Shown one piece after another: positions 38,815 to 51,673 of a DNA stretch of 64,000 nt (the first letter of the stretch is position 1; every line of letters starts with the position of its first letter). Under the pieces are notes generated by a model. That model saw only the letters and a list, made by a program, of their open reading frames with translations, had not been told where the DNA came from and searched no databases. A program made the translations under genes and the position numbers. Source of the DNA: Phoronis australis (lineage: Eukaryota; Animalia; Phoronida); NCBI GenBank assembly GCA_002633005.1, contig NMRA01000010.1, forward strand, positions 675,252 through 739,251, given 5' to 3'.

Positions 38815-41800
38815 TTATATTTATTCCTCACTCCATCGAGTTATTTGATTCCTGTCACCCTGTTGTTGTGTCTTTCCATCTTTTCTGCCATAGAAAATGG
38901 TCCTAGTTTAGTCAAACCTCCAACTCTGTAGAAATATTTTCACTGTGAAAAGTTGTACAAGAAGCTTACAGAGTTAACCAGCTGCATTCAGCTAGACTGC
39001 TTTCAGTATTGGGAGTGTGTACAAGACATGGCACCAATGTCTTGTTGTTTTGTTGGATGTTGCATTAGTTGTTGTTTTGTTGCTTTTAGCCAATGGCCAA
39101 CATGTCACACTCCGGTATGGTTTCTTCCAATAATACTCCCAATAGTTCTGCACAGATGTCCAAGGTGGGTGTGAAAAAATGCGTCTTCTCTTTGACAAAG
39201 CTTTCGAGACATTGTGGGAGGGTTTAAGCTTTGTGACATGAAGCGATTCATTTAGACATATCTGGTACTACACTCTGTAGCTTTATCCTGAGCTAGCAGA
39301 CTTATGAGTCTATTTGCAGAGGACATGACTTATATTAAAGTTAAGTTCTGGTCTAATGAGGTGATGAACATAGAATGTTATCAGCATGTTTGCCTCACAA
39401 GCCAAGCGTTTCATTGTGTTTGGGAGCCGGGCTGAAAAAATTTGCCTCACTGAGCTACAAAAATAAACTGTGGGTGTGGGGTTGCCTTTTTGAATGAACA
39501 ACAGTTTAATTTGGAGAATAATTCCTTAAGACAGTAATTTGATAGAGTGAATCATTTCTTTTAATGCCTTTCTCACCATGTGTAGATTGGAAGTTATGTG
39601 CTGAGCAAATTGGATAGTGGAGTGTGTTTGCTCAACGCTTTTGTGGTTATGGGTATCTCGCATGTGTGGTGATCTTAATTCAGCGACTGGTAGACACTAC
39701 CTTTTTGTATGCGTGTATAGGTGCTTTCTCAGGTGTCCAATTTCACGCCGTTGTAGTGGTTGTAGTTAGTGTTTAACAACTGATGGTATTGTGTGTTGCA
39801 GGCAAACACGTGGAGTAACGTGGGAAAGGTGGACATCAGCCTTGACAAACTGAGTCCAGCCAGCAAGTTTGAACAGCAGCCTAAACCTAGCATGAACCAG
39901 CTACAACAGCAGCAGCAAGGTAAGGCCATGTCAGACCTCGCAGATGTGCTGACTGTGTTGGAGTATTGTCATGTAGTGTTCTCTACTGTGACTGGAGAAT
40001 CTTTGAAACGTGGACAGCTCTTTGACGTTGTTGCCATGTGCCGCCCTTCGACACATGACATTGTTTTGTTGTTCTTTGTCTCTGGAGACCAGCTTGGAGA
40101 ACTGTTACTGTGTGGTGACTTTACAACTCCTGTATATTCATATTTAGTAGAATAATGACTAAAATAGATCTCCTTTCTGTCGAGAAGCTGGTCTTTCATT
40201 TAGGTCAGTTATCGTTACAAAACTGGTGTACTTGTTGGTAGTGATTTCTGCACATTGGAGGAACTGAGATTTCATCCTTGCTTAAGACCGGTCTCCATGA
40301 ATTAGCTTGACCTACCCGTTGACTTTATGCCTGGTGCCTGCTTCCCGTTCAGGAACGCTAGGACCTCGCTAAAAAGCAAGACTTCGCGAGATTATGCGAG
40401 ATATTGCCGTGCATTTTAAATGAGAACACGTGACTTTGACTAGGTTTTAGCTAGGTCCTAGCGTAGGTCCTAGCGTCTACTGAACGCACGCCTGGTCTGT
40501 GGCAATCACTTCTGATCTATGTGTCATTGTCGAGGTGAGATGTTTTATGGTGGTCTAAATCTTATTGGCTGAAGGTAGCTCATGGCAGTATTAACTATTC
40601 TGACATTGAAGCCCTGGTGACCAGCATTCTGGGCAGGAGATGTACTTGGCTGACTTGTTCAGGCAGTGTTCCGATCAACAAATTCTGCGGTCTTGTTGAG
40701 GTAGTGTTCAGATCAACAAATTCTGCAGTCTAGAAAGAAAACTGATAAACAAGCTTAGGCTTATGTGTTTATAAATTAATAAACAACACAAAAAGTAAGT
40801 GTACCATCTGTTCTTCACTCTTAATTTGCAAGAACTTGAGAAAACAATTAAAGGGTCACTTGACATTTACTTGAAGAGGTCCAATTTTTGACGAATTTTC
40901 GCACCCCGTCAAAACCAATGGCTTGATGAAACTCGCGTACTTGCTGATGGCCTAGATGACATGCTTAGATTTGGAAAACTGTTTATGATTGTGTGGATAG
41001 GTTTGAAATGTCATCATAGCATGTGTTTGTGTAGTTTGGAAGGCAGTAAACGGCACATGTCATCATAAAGTGTGTTTGTGTAATGTGCTCTAATGAAGGT
41101 AGTAAACGGCACATGTCCCTTTAGCAAGATATTGCTTCTGAGCATTTCATGTTATGACCATGCGAATCACTGAAAGTTGACCTTAATAGTCCTCTTAACA
41201 GTTCAGATTTTTCCTGGAAATTAAGTGCAAAAGCGGGTAATACACTTAACTTTTTGAGTAGTTTACTTTCATGTCTTGTCAAGACTTATTTGAAGATGCA
41301 TGTGAACAGAAAGCGCATGGGTCATTCCTAACCACACCCTTGGTGTATGATCTTACTAGAGAGTGTGCTGTCCACACACTGGAGATTTCCAAAGGAACCC
41401 CCACCAACACAAAGCCCCTGTGGGGACTGTTGCATAAATAAATTAAAAAGCACTCCTGGAGGCTCTTTGTGATCCTTTTGCATTTCTGGCACAGTGTTGT
41501 TCCTTAAAGGACTGTTAAATATTTCAAGTTTGTCGATGACTCTTCAACGAAGGTGTTGCCGGACTCCTTACAGTAGCCAAATTGTCGATGAGATTGAAAC
41601 TGGCCGGTATTTTAAGTCGGCCCAAGTTACAGTGTAGGTGGAAGAAATAAATCTCCGCCTCTGATGCCACTGTCACGGAGTTGAAGTTTTTAATCTCAAT
41701 AGCAGTCACTTCGTCTTGCAGTACTTTTAAAGCCCACTGCTGAATGAGGGCGCTGTGGTAAGCAATACAAGTTTCCACAATGTCCCATCCTCTTCTTTTC

Positions 41801-44800
41801 CGAAAGAATCGACCTGGAGGCTTTCTGTTTATGCAACGTTATTTCAGCAAATTGAACGTTTCCGAAAGAACTCCCCAGGGGGCTCTTTGAGACATTCCCG
41901 GTAGTTATGATGTAAAGTTAGGCTTACCTGTCCTGTTATTTGTAAGCCCAGCAGTAACTGATCTGTTGCTCTGTTTACAAGCTACATGGGAGGAGTATTA
42001 TATGTTCCTGATGGCCTCAGGTAGTTGGTTGGGGACTGTATTGTCCCGCTTACTGTCTACTGCCTTGGGACTGTTTTCTTCATTGGCTTGTCTTAATATT
42101 GCCGTGATGACGAGTGAATGTTTTTCTTATGCAAAGTTTTTAGTCCAAATTCTAAATTTCTGATGACTGCATGGTTTTTATGTACTTTTGTTTTATGACT
42201 GCATGGGTGTTTCTGTACCTTAATGTGTGAATGAAGCATGGTTTGGCATTTCCTTGGTTGGTGCCGAACCTCGTTCACAACCATTTTAGATATCAAGTTC
42301 AGTTCAGACTGAAATTGTACGACTTTACAATGGTGTTTCCAGTCGCAGAAGCTATGGCTAAACATTTGGTCCCTAGATCAATCAAATTACTATTAAAACA
42401 TGTCCTGGAGAACAATGGATAAAGGAATATGATTAGCAACAAAATAATTAGCTTTTGCTTGTTTAGGTGTTTGGGTGCATTTGAGAATTTCTTGTTCGAA
42501 CTTGTTAAATGGGACTAGTTGTGTGCTTTGCATGATTTTCTTGTGGTTTTGTACTGCGGCTATGGTGACCTTTTGCTGCTTTCGTTGTTCACTCCATGCA
42601 TGCTAAATTGTCTGTTTTGGGATTGAATCTGAAGTGACTACTGTGGCATTTGGGATTGCATCTGAAGTGACTACTGTGGGATTTGGGATTGAATCTGAAG
42701 TGACTACTGTGGGATTTGGGATTGAATCTGAAGTGACTACTGTGGGATTTGGGTTTGAATCTGAAGTGACTACTGTGGCATTTGGGTTTCTTGATTCCAA
42801 ATCGCGTTTTAGCTTAAACTTTATGAATCATCAATGCTTAACGAATTAATAGAAGGTGTTACAGTTTATGAATGAGGATTTGAAAAAGGACTAACTGCTT
42901 GGAAAAGTTCTCAACTGAAATCATATAAAATGACTCTTAGGGTCTTGTGACATTTTGGGTTGTCATGAGTACATACTGTCCTGCACTTGACTCAGTAATT
43001 ACTGCTTGTAATCTGGTGAACAGATCATGAGTACATACTGTCCTGCACTTGACTCAGTAATTACTGCTTGTAATCTGGTGAACAGATGAGTGCCACTACA
43101 TTTAGGTACAAAACGAATCAGTTTATTAATTGTATGAAGAAAATGGATTAAGCACAAGGTACTTCCCATGAACACGACTCAAATAATGCATAAACATTGT
43201 ACAAATGAGTAAGGTATCTGGAAGGAACAAAACTATTTGGTGAATTGGTGGGGAACTGGTTCTCATTCTTGGGTTCATCATGCTCATTTACGTAATTTAT
43301 GCAGCTAGTTCAACAGACCTGAGAACTCTTGATTGTTGGTAAATCAAGTTTACGCATGGGTTTACCTCGCTCTGTTTGCATCTGTTCACAGGTATGCAGC
43401 CTCAGGGTTATGGTATGCAGGGTTTGACCCAAGGCATAGGTCAGATGAGTATGGGACAATCTCCCATAATGCAACAGAGACCCCCCATGATGAATATGGG
43501 TGAGTTATCTTAAGTGTGCGTTCTTGTCTACTGCTTGATTGTGGTTGGATATGGACCACGATACTTTTCATGTTTTGATGGGCTGTCTAGTTACCCATGG
43601 TAACTGCTTGGAAAATGCGCAATTGAAAATTCGGGAGAGTTCAAATATTTTGGTGTCATTCAACTGAGATGTGTTGCATGTCTGCCCTCTTAGGATACAA
43701 AGGATAATTACAGTTGCTAATTTTCCAAAGGACTTGGTTCATTAGGTACATATTGTTTTGTTGTTTTGACGATGGCTTTATGGTACAAACCATACACACT
43801 AATGAGTGCAGTAAACGTTTTTAACATTTACCTTTGTTGAGACATTCCAACAAATAACATTCCACTTTCCTGAAATATTTTGTTCTAAGTGAAATATTAC
43901 TTACCATTCTGGCTGTAATGCTGTGTGCTTTAAGTGTAGAATTTTTATTAGTTTCTTGAATATAATGCTTCCCAAATAATAATTCAGTGAACTCCAGTAT
44001 TTGCTTACCGTTAACCAGTAAATGTAATGTTTGTATCCTGTGTAGGCATGCAGTCTATGGGAATGTCTGGANGGGGCTCTTTGAGACATTCCCGGTAGTT
44101 ATGATGTAAAGTTAGGCTTACCTGTCCTGTTATTTGTAAGCCCAGCAGTAACTGATCTGTTGCTCTGTTTACAAGCTACGTGGGAGGAGTATTATATGTT
44201 CCTGATGGCCTCAGGTAGTTGGTTGGGGACTGTATTGTCCCGCTTACTGTCTACTGCCTTGGGACTGTTTTCTTCATTGGCTTGTCTTAATATTGCCGTG
44301 ATGACGAGTGAATGTTTTTCTTATGCAAAGTTTTTAGTCCAAATACTAAATTTCAGACGACTGCATGGTTTTTCTGTACCTTTGTTTTATGACTGCATGG
44401 GGGTTTCTGTACCTTAATGTGTGAATGAAACATAGTTTGACATTTCCTTGGTTGGTGCCGAACCTCGTTCACAACCATTTTGGATATCAAGTTCAGTTCA
44501 GACTGAAATTGTACGACTTTACAATGGTGTTTCCAGTCGCAGAAGCTATGGCTAAATATTTGGTCCCTAGATCAATCAAATTACTATTAAAACATGTCCT
44601 GGAGAACAATGGATAAAGGAATATGATTAGCAACAAAATAATTACCTTTATCTTGTTTAGGTGTTTGGGTACATTTGAGAATTTCTTGTTGGAACTTGTT
44701 AAATGGGGCTAGTTGTTGGCTTTGCATGATTTTCTTGTGGTTTTGTACTGCGGCTATGGTGACCTTTCGCTGCTTTCGTTGTTCACTCCATGCATGCTAA

Positions 44801-46213
44801 ATTGTCTGTTTTGGGATTGAATCTAAAGTGACTACTGTGGGATTTGGGTTTGAATCTGAAGTGACTACTGTGGCATTTGGGTTTCTTGATTCCAAATCGC
44901 ATTTTAGCTTGAACTTTATGAATCATCAATGCTTAACGAATTAATAGAAGGTGTTACAGTTTATGAATGAGGATTTGAAAAAGGACTAACTGCTTGGAAA
45001 AGTTCTCAACTGAAATCATATAAAATGACTCTCAGGGTCTTGTGACATTTTGGGTTGTCATGGGTACATACTGTCCTGCACTTGACTCAGTAATTACTGC
45101 TTGTAATCTGGTGAACAGATGAACGCCACTACATATAGGTACAAAACGAATCAGTTAATTAATTGTTATGAAGAAAATGGATTAAGCACAAGGTACTTCC
45201 CATGAACACGACTCAAATAATGCATAAACGTACAAATGAGTAAGGTATCTGGAAGGAACAAAACTGTTTGGTGAATTGGTGGGGAACTGGTTCTCATTCT
45301 TGGGTTCATCATGCTCATTTACATAATTTATGCAGCTAGTTCAACAGACCTGAGAACTCTTGATTGTTGGTAAATCAAATTTAGGCATGGGTTTACCTCG
45401 CTCCGTTTGCATCTGTTCACAGGTATGCAGCCTCAGGGTTATGGTATGCAGGGTTTGACCCAAGGCATGGGTCAGATGAGTATGGGACAATCTCCCATAA
45501 TGCAACAGAGACCCTCCATGATGAATATGGGTGAGTTATCTTAAGTGTGCGTTATTGTCTACTGCTTGATTGTGGTTGGATATGGACCACGGTACTTTTC
45601 ATGTTTTGATGGGCTGTCTAGTTACCTATGGTAACTGCTTGGAAAATGCGCAATTGAAAATTCGGGAGAGTTCAAATATTTTGGTGTCATTCAACTGAGA
45701 TGTGTTGCATGTCTGCCCTCTCAGGACACAAAGGATAATTACAGTTGCCAATTTTCCAAAGGACTTGGTTCATTAGGTACATATTGTTTTGTTGTTTTGA
45801 CGATGGCTTTATGGTACAAACCATACACGCTAACGAGTGCAGTAAACCTTTTTAACATTTACCTTTGTTGAGACATTCCAACAAATAACATTCCACTTAC
45901 CTGAAATATTTTGTTCTAAGTGAAATATTACTTACCGTTCTAGCTGTAATGCTGTGTGCTTCAAGTGTAGAATTTTTATTAGTTTCTTGAATATAATGCT
46001 TCCCAAATAATAATTCAGTGAACTCCAGTATTTGCTTACCGTTAACCAGTAAACGTAATGTTTGTATCCTATGTAGGCATGCAGTCTATGGGAATGTCTG
46101 GAGTCATGATGGGAAACCCGGGGATGATGGGTACTTCATCGCCAGCGCCTCCTAACATTATGCAACAGAAGGCTGACCAGGCCTTCTCTGGCTTCGGTAA
46201 CTTCGGCAACTGA
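27772..46213 (+). CDS. CLINT1: clathrin interactor 1 / epsinR / enthoprotin (ENTH-domain TGN-endosome adaptor), 13 coding exons, about 735 aa
   Basis: Phase-consistent GT-AG exons: 27772-27803, 29758-29959, 31010-31148, 31711-31848, 33788-33968, 34794-34953, 35552-35729, 36150-36210, 37507-38185, 39090-39164, 39802-39919, 43392-43499 (duplicate at 45423-45530), 46077-46213. The total is 2208 nt with one copy of the duplicated exon. Protein: ENTH domain (MWKIREITDKVTNVVMNY...EATNDEAWGP...NWRRTYKGLLLLSYLIRNGSERVVTSAREHIYD...DERKKAKKNKDKY), KKLDMGAA, DFADF/DFGNF AP-1 gamma-ear motifs, TWS...VDISLDKL, a Met-rich tail and the C-terminus QAFSGFGNFGN*. Confidence 0.95.
28811..28914. mobile_element. 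104-bp hairpin MITE, family B (CLINT1 intron 1)
   Basis: AATAGTCTGATATAACGTGCC...GGCACGCTATATCATACCATT; long TIRs; a same-length copy at 63686-63789. Confidence 0.8.
30005..30125 (+). mobile_element. tRNA-derived SINE head in CLINT1 intron 2
   Basis: A-box-like TGGCCTGGAGGG near 30015 and B-box GGTTCGAGTCCC at 30059-30070, with tRNA-like spacing. No convincing cloverleaf; followed by non-tRNA body sequence. Confidence 0.6.
33099..33128 (+). CDS. candidate 30-nt symmetric cassette microexon of CLINT1
   Basis: ttgtgtattgcag|CCTCCAGCTCCTCTTGGTCTTCAGACTATG|gtaatg. Phase 1-1 matches the host intron, and the frame stays open (TSSSSWSSDYG). Confidence 0.45.
37772..38101 (+). repeat. coding tandem repeat in CLINT1 (33-bp x7, then 15-bp x6)
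   Basis: Encodes (MGQMP[M/I/L]GQPQT)x7 followed by (MGQMP)x6. Confidence 0.9.
40346..40486. mobile_element. MITE-like inverted repeat element in CLINT1 intron 11
   Basis: CGTTCAGGAACGCTAGGACCTCGCTAAAA ... TTTTAGCTAGGTCCTAGCGTAGGTCCTAGCGTCTACTGAACG; a diverged relative at ~49730-49830. Confidence 0.65.
42616..42787. repeat. 33-bp minisatellite (about 5 copies; about 2 copies in the duplicate at ~44809-44884)
   Basis: Unit TTTGGGATTGAATCTGAAGTGACTACTGTGG(C/G)A. It explains the two spurious periodic ORFs at 42603-42849. Confidence 0.9.
42963..43086. repeat. 62-bp direct tandem duplication
   Basis: TCATGAGTACATACTGTCC...GGTGAACAGA occurs twice here and once in the duplicated copy near 45058. 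Confidence 0.9.
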
Positions 46214-47616
46214 GGGTGCACCGAGGATGAGGGTTGTGGTGATTAGTGCAATCAATTCGCCTGTGTCAAGGTTCCTGTTAACAATGCTATAGGTGGCAGT
46301 TTGTGCTGCGTGCATCTGGAACCAAGAAGTCATTGGGATGAGCAGTAAAACTTGCTCAAGTCGTCTCCATTCGGACCAGGACATTTCATCCCTGTAAGCA
46401 AAATGTGGCTTACTTGAGGGTCAGAGTGCACAGCCTAGAACAACCCTAACACAAAGTTGAGCAATATTCGATTCATACACGTCCGACTTGTGCAGGTTTT
46501 ACTGCAAGTTGTAATTTAACCATTGTTCGGTAGTCTGCGTCCTAATCAACCATTGCCGCACTGCAGAGTTGTTCACAAAGCTTTGCCTTTGTTATGACAT
46601 TCCAGAATGGTTGTCCACAAGTGTCATTGATTGTGCTGGATCAGATCATCATGCCTCAGTTACACTGTTGTTGTTAAAGGAAATGTAACTGATTTGTCTC
46701 TTTGGTTTCTTTGGTTTAAGGAAGGTTCATGACCCAGAAACAAAGTATTGTGTAGGGTGTCATAAAAATGAGTTTGCTGTTTAAAGTTTGTTCATTGTGC
46801 GTGCATACCCAGTGGTTTTATTAAACTTGTGGTAATGGAGGTGGTCTTTGAGTATTAATAATTTTGCAAATATTTTTTTATTGCAACCTTGAGTTTTGTG
46901 TTCCTCATTTGGATACGTGAATATTACGAAGTATCCAGGAAATTGGTGCATATCAAATTAAGTTAATAATGATCAGATAGTCGGCATATAAAGATTATCT
47001 GTTGCTCCCATTCAGTTGTGCGATAGTAATTTGTATTACAGCCAACGCCAACTTTTCCTGACATTGTGTTTTTCATTGTCATAATATCTGTGAATGTATG
47101 GTGATATCTAAAAGTACACTAGCCTTGCTCAGTTACTTAATTGTTGAGAGATGATGAGTTGTCCCTCCGAATGGATGTAGCAGTTCCTGTCTCTGAAATG
47201 GAGTTTGGGACCAGTGGTTAAATACCATGTCGCAAACCCAAGTGATAATGTATTTATGTTTCTTTGGCTGGAAGGAGTCGGCTTTTGTCTGTAATATGCC
47301 TTCAAGGAGTGATTGGAGAGGCTAGTTGAGTTCACGTGACGTTTTAGTTCTGTGAATATTTAAGGAGACGTAGCTATTGCAGTTTGTGAGCGGAGAGAAT
47401 GCATGTAGTCGTATTGATTGCTTTGTCCGCGAACACTAACATCCCAATGTCCAGCTTACTGGTGCGAGTCTGTTTAGAGAGAAGTCCCTGGTTATTTACA
47501 CCACCTGGTGGCTGTTTCACGAAACATGTTGGAGTTGATATAAACCATGTCCTAGTATCAAAAATCTTTATCAACAGGCGTGTCGTATTTGTATCTTATT
47601 TAATTTGAATTGTTAC

Positions 47617-47622
47617 AATAAA
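47617..47622 (+). terminator. candidate CLINT1 polyadenylation signal (second candidate at 48288-48293)
   Basis: AATAAA hexamers 1.4 kb and 2.1 kb after the stop, within T-rich UTR-like sequence. Confidence 0.4.
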
Positions 47623-50338
47623 ATTGGTGTGAGCACCACACTGTGTCAATGACTGAAACTAACAACCTGTGATTTTGGAAGTGTAATGAGCAAGGTGTTG
47701 AGCCTTAACCAACTGTCAGGTTTTTTCAAGCGGAGAAATTTCTAAATTTTGCGAATAACAAGATGAGTGATTTTTTGAACTATAATTTGCCTGAATCGAT
47801 GTATGAGTTTTTAGAGGTGTGGGTTTATAGATTTTTTATTGTCCGTCTGACCTGTTTCTGTGGCAATTTATCAGTTGTAACTTTTTTGAGAATTAAAGCA
47901 GTTAAAAATGAGACTTAAAAATGTGGAAAAGGCTTCAACTTTTTCTGTTGTGTAACGCTGGATTAGTTTTATATGATGGCATAGTTGTTCAAAAGTTTGA
48001 AATTTTAGTGAAACAGTTGTTGTCCAGTGAATATTGACTCTCTCATTTCTGTTGAGTCTTGCTGGAGTGAGGTGACAGTACTAAAAGCTCTCCTAGACTT
48101 TCCACTACAATGCGTGCTGCATTCACGTGTGAAAGTGGGGTAGATTTTAAAATACCGTCACAAGCCTAGTCAAGTGCAATACAATATTCACAGAATTAAA
48201 GTGTGAAGGAACTTGGATTGAGAGATAAGTCATTATTGGTGGTTTTCAGTTGTTAGAATTTTGTACAGAAATATATGTATATGATATAATAAAAATTGAC
48301 TATGACCAACTTGTAGAAAGATTAATGTGTAATGTATACTTGTTGAAGTATTAGTGGATTGCAGAAGTGCTATATTTCAAAATGTTATGTCAAAAATATG
48401 AACACTAAAGGAAATAAATCTTTAAAGAATATGCTGTTTTTATTTTTAGAAATGTTGTTAGGACCATGTGGACTTGTTGGTTTATTTAGCCGAATATCTG
48501 CATAACTATAGATTTTAACTCGGCAAAGGGATATATTTTCTGAAAGTAGAAAGCCTGTAAAATTCAATCTTTGACTGGATACCAATATGCTGAATTTTTT
48601 TTTAAATCATAAAGTCCTATTTTTGCAGCCCCTCGTGCAAAAGTAGAAAATTTAAAACCAAGTCCTAATAGCGTTTTAAAAAGCAGTGCATAACATATGG
48701 TGTCTGAAAGTGTATCGATCCGTTCGGCCATTTCCGAGATGTGATGTTCCATGGTTTACTAAATTTTCATATCAATTCGTAAACCTTGGGGTCCTTCGCC
48801 AAAACGTGAAATAAATTAGCCAAAAGTTTCTTGAAAACGTTAACCATTCTTTTAGGTGAACATGTAGGCACAACTGCTAAACTTATACTAAACCCTGTTT
48901 TGGTAATTTCCACCAATCCTTGTCCTCTAACCTGGAAATGCATCATTGACAACGATTTTCGAAGTTTAAGACGGGAATCGATAAAAAATCGTACTCATTA
49001 GTCACAGATTGGATATTATGGTCCGCGGTGGGTGGTCTTTTCCACACAGTTGCCGTGTAATTCGCTAAAAGCGTTGGTCACGTTTGCCAGTTTAGCAGAC
49101 TTCAAAAGGAATTTTCAAAATTTCCTCCAAACTTGAGAGTTGTCGAGGGTTACAGATGGAGCATTATTTCGTTTCATTTTAAGTATTTTTAAAATCAAAA
49201 TCGTCTCGCTGCATTTCTTTCTGCTGAGCTGGCTATCGTATCGGACCTTTTACTTTTCATAAAATTGACCTCATATTATTCCTAAAATGCTCCTATTTTC
49301 GTTACCAAATCAACGACAACATCGAAAACATCAGGGACTCGAGAAAACGCTTCGACTTCATTGAATTTGGCCAACCTTCAAATTCCGAATTCGAAAATGG
49401 CGCATGCATGCATTGTGAAGGAAATATAACCCTACTCATCGTAAACAATTGATGACCGATTTTCCTTTTTAGCTAGCGATGATTATGCAGACAGTACATA
49501 CATTAATTTTACTTCTCATATCTTCGTTTACAACAAGGCGGTTTTCGTACACAAGCCATGCATAGGGCTAAGTAATTCAATGCCAACAATTCCCGCAGGA
49601 ACGTTCTTCTGTAATTACTTCGTTCCCAATTTGCATAAATAATCAGTTTGCACCTGATGCCAATGGTAGAAAATTGTGTGCATATTGTGTCTGCTGGATT
49701 TCTCGGGTGCGCGGGTGAGCCAGGTCTGGTTTGCGTTTAGTAACCCGAGTACCTCGTAAGAAAAGCAGGATTTCGCGAGATATCGCCAAGTATTTTCAAG
49801 CAGGTTTTAGCAAGATTATCTCGCCGCGCAACTGCTGTGGAACTCTACCCTACGTGCACTAACGCTAGTGTCTGTTGGCTTACGAATGTTGAATGAGAGT
49901 TGAGTGTGCGGTAAAGTTTTATGTTTTTATCATGTTGGCTACTGGGTTTCCATGATCACAAAGTTAGTGTAAATCTACACTCATTCAAAGTGCTACGAAA
50001 GGTCCACTTTTCAGTATAGGTGGCGCTGTGTCAAATCGTACGTGTAGCTCTTCAGTGATTCGGCTTGAACTATAGCGGAATGAATTATGTTACAAATGTG
50101 ACGACTTATCAGAATTACTACTATCGTTTTATTTTAGTTAAATTTCATGAAACTACATTAGAATATAACCAGCATGAAATGTATTTTTTTGAATTTTTAA
50201 TGGTGCTCCGACAATGACGTCTGCCACAGTTGCATTTGTGTGAAACTGTCGACTTTAATTTTTATCAAATTAATGCGAGAATTTCGAACGCTTACCACGG
50301 AACCTAAACCCAACCCAGGCCGGCACTTGAATTACAGA

Positions 50339-51377
50339 CAAAAGTGATCGAAGTTGTTTCTTAGATCACCTGTGCTCAAAAATGTCTGTGGCACCGAATT
50401 GCCGCGCTATAAGGCCCATGGGAGTCTGTGCGAACTGCGCTTATATGCGAAACTTAGGTGCATGCGCCAATATGCGAGCCCGGCACTTGGGTAAAGAAAG
50501 GCCGCGAAAAAGGCATTATTCCGGATTCGGGACCAAGGGCCTAGACACGCAGCAATACGAATTCGTTGTTCATGAAAAGCAAGTCAATTTTTAAAAATGA
50601 AAACGGATGCACCTATATGCGAATTAATGCATATAGGACTATGCGGGGAGATTACCTGGGCTTATAGGTGAAACATAGGCACATGCGCCATTGGGTAAAA
50701 AATAGACAGCGAAAAAAGGCATTATTTATCGTTGGCCAATTGGGTGAACGTTACACCGTTACTTTACGTGCGTAAAGTAATCATTGCGGCATACAGTAAC
50801 TTTTTACGGCGTAAAGTAATTATTTGCGGCGTAAAGTAATTATTTGCGGCGTAAAGTNCAAAAGTGATCGAAGTTGTTTCTTAGATCACCTGTGCTCAAA
50901 AATGTCTGTGGCACCGAATTGCCGCGCTATAAGGCCCATGGGAGTCTGTGCGAACTGCGCTTATATGCGAAACTTAGGTGCATGCGCCAATATGCGAGCC
51001 CGGCACTTGGGTAAAGAAAGGCCGCGAAAAAGGCATTATTCCGGATTCGGGACCAAGGGCCTAGACACGCAGCAATACGAATTCGTTGTTCATGAAAAGC
51101 AAGTCAATTTTTAAAAATGAAAACGGATGCACCTATATGCGAATTAATGGATATAGGACTATGCGGGGAGATTACCTGGGCTTATAGGTGAAACATAGGC
51201 ACATGGGCCATTGGGTAAAAAATAGACAGCGAAAAAAGGCATTATTTATCGTTGGCCAATTGGGTGAACGTTACACCGTTACTTTACGTGCGTAAAGTAT
51301 TCATTGCGGCTTACAATAACTTTTTACGGCGTAAAGTAATTATTTGCGGCGTAAAGTAATTATTTGCGGCGTAAAGT
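50339..51377. repeat. 519-bp tandem duplication centred on a single N (probable assembly overlap)
   Basis: 50339-50857 and 50859-51377 are nearly identical; N at 50858. Confidence 0.9.
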
Positions 51378-51445
51378 AATTATTTGCGGCGTAAAGTAAT
51401 TATTTGCGGCGTAAAGTAATTATTTGCGGCGTAAAGTAACTTTTA
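51300..51445. repeat. 20-bp minisatellite
   Basis: Unit TATTTGCGGCGTAAAGTAAT, with several perfect copies plus degenerate flanks; a truncated copy lies at ~50780-50857. Confidence 0.9.
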
Positions 51446-51673
51446 AAGCCGCAACAGTTTTTTGTGCGTGATAAGAATTTTTGCCGTGTTGTAAAGGTGC
51501 GGCCCGTCGTCCAGTGAATTCCACCCACAAGTTTCATTAACGAAATATTTGTATTTTAGTGAAATCTTACCATTAAAGCAACTCCTACGTTCTAAAACCA
51601 CAAAACAATGACCGGAGAGAATGCGTAAAAAATAAAATTCACAAAGAACGTCAATAACTTAGGGCATGAATTT

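Larger units (their letters stand above)
41879..46102. repeat. about 2.1-kb tandem duplication centred on a single N (probable uncollapsed haplotypes)
   Basis: 41879-44071 and 44073-46102 are near-identical, with scattered SNPs and repeat-number indels; an N sits at 44072. It includes CLINT1 exon 12 and the start of exon 13. Confidence 0.9.

Noticed and set aside
42603-42849. Periodic ORFs (PNPTVVTSDSI / EVTTVGFGIES)
   Set aside because: Translation of an intronic 33-bp minisatellite whose copy number differs between the duplicated copies; no splice signals.
50382-51114. Tandem pair of identical 70-aa Cys/Arg-rich ORFs
   Set aside because: Produced by a 519-bp duplication around a single N within repeat-like DNA; no recognisable domain.
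51300-51445. CRISPR-like short repeats
   Set aside because: Contiguous 20-bp units with no unique spacers and no cas genes, in a eukaryotic context; this is a minisatellite.
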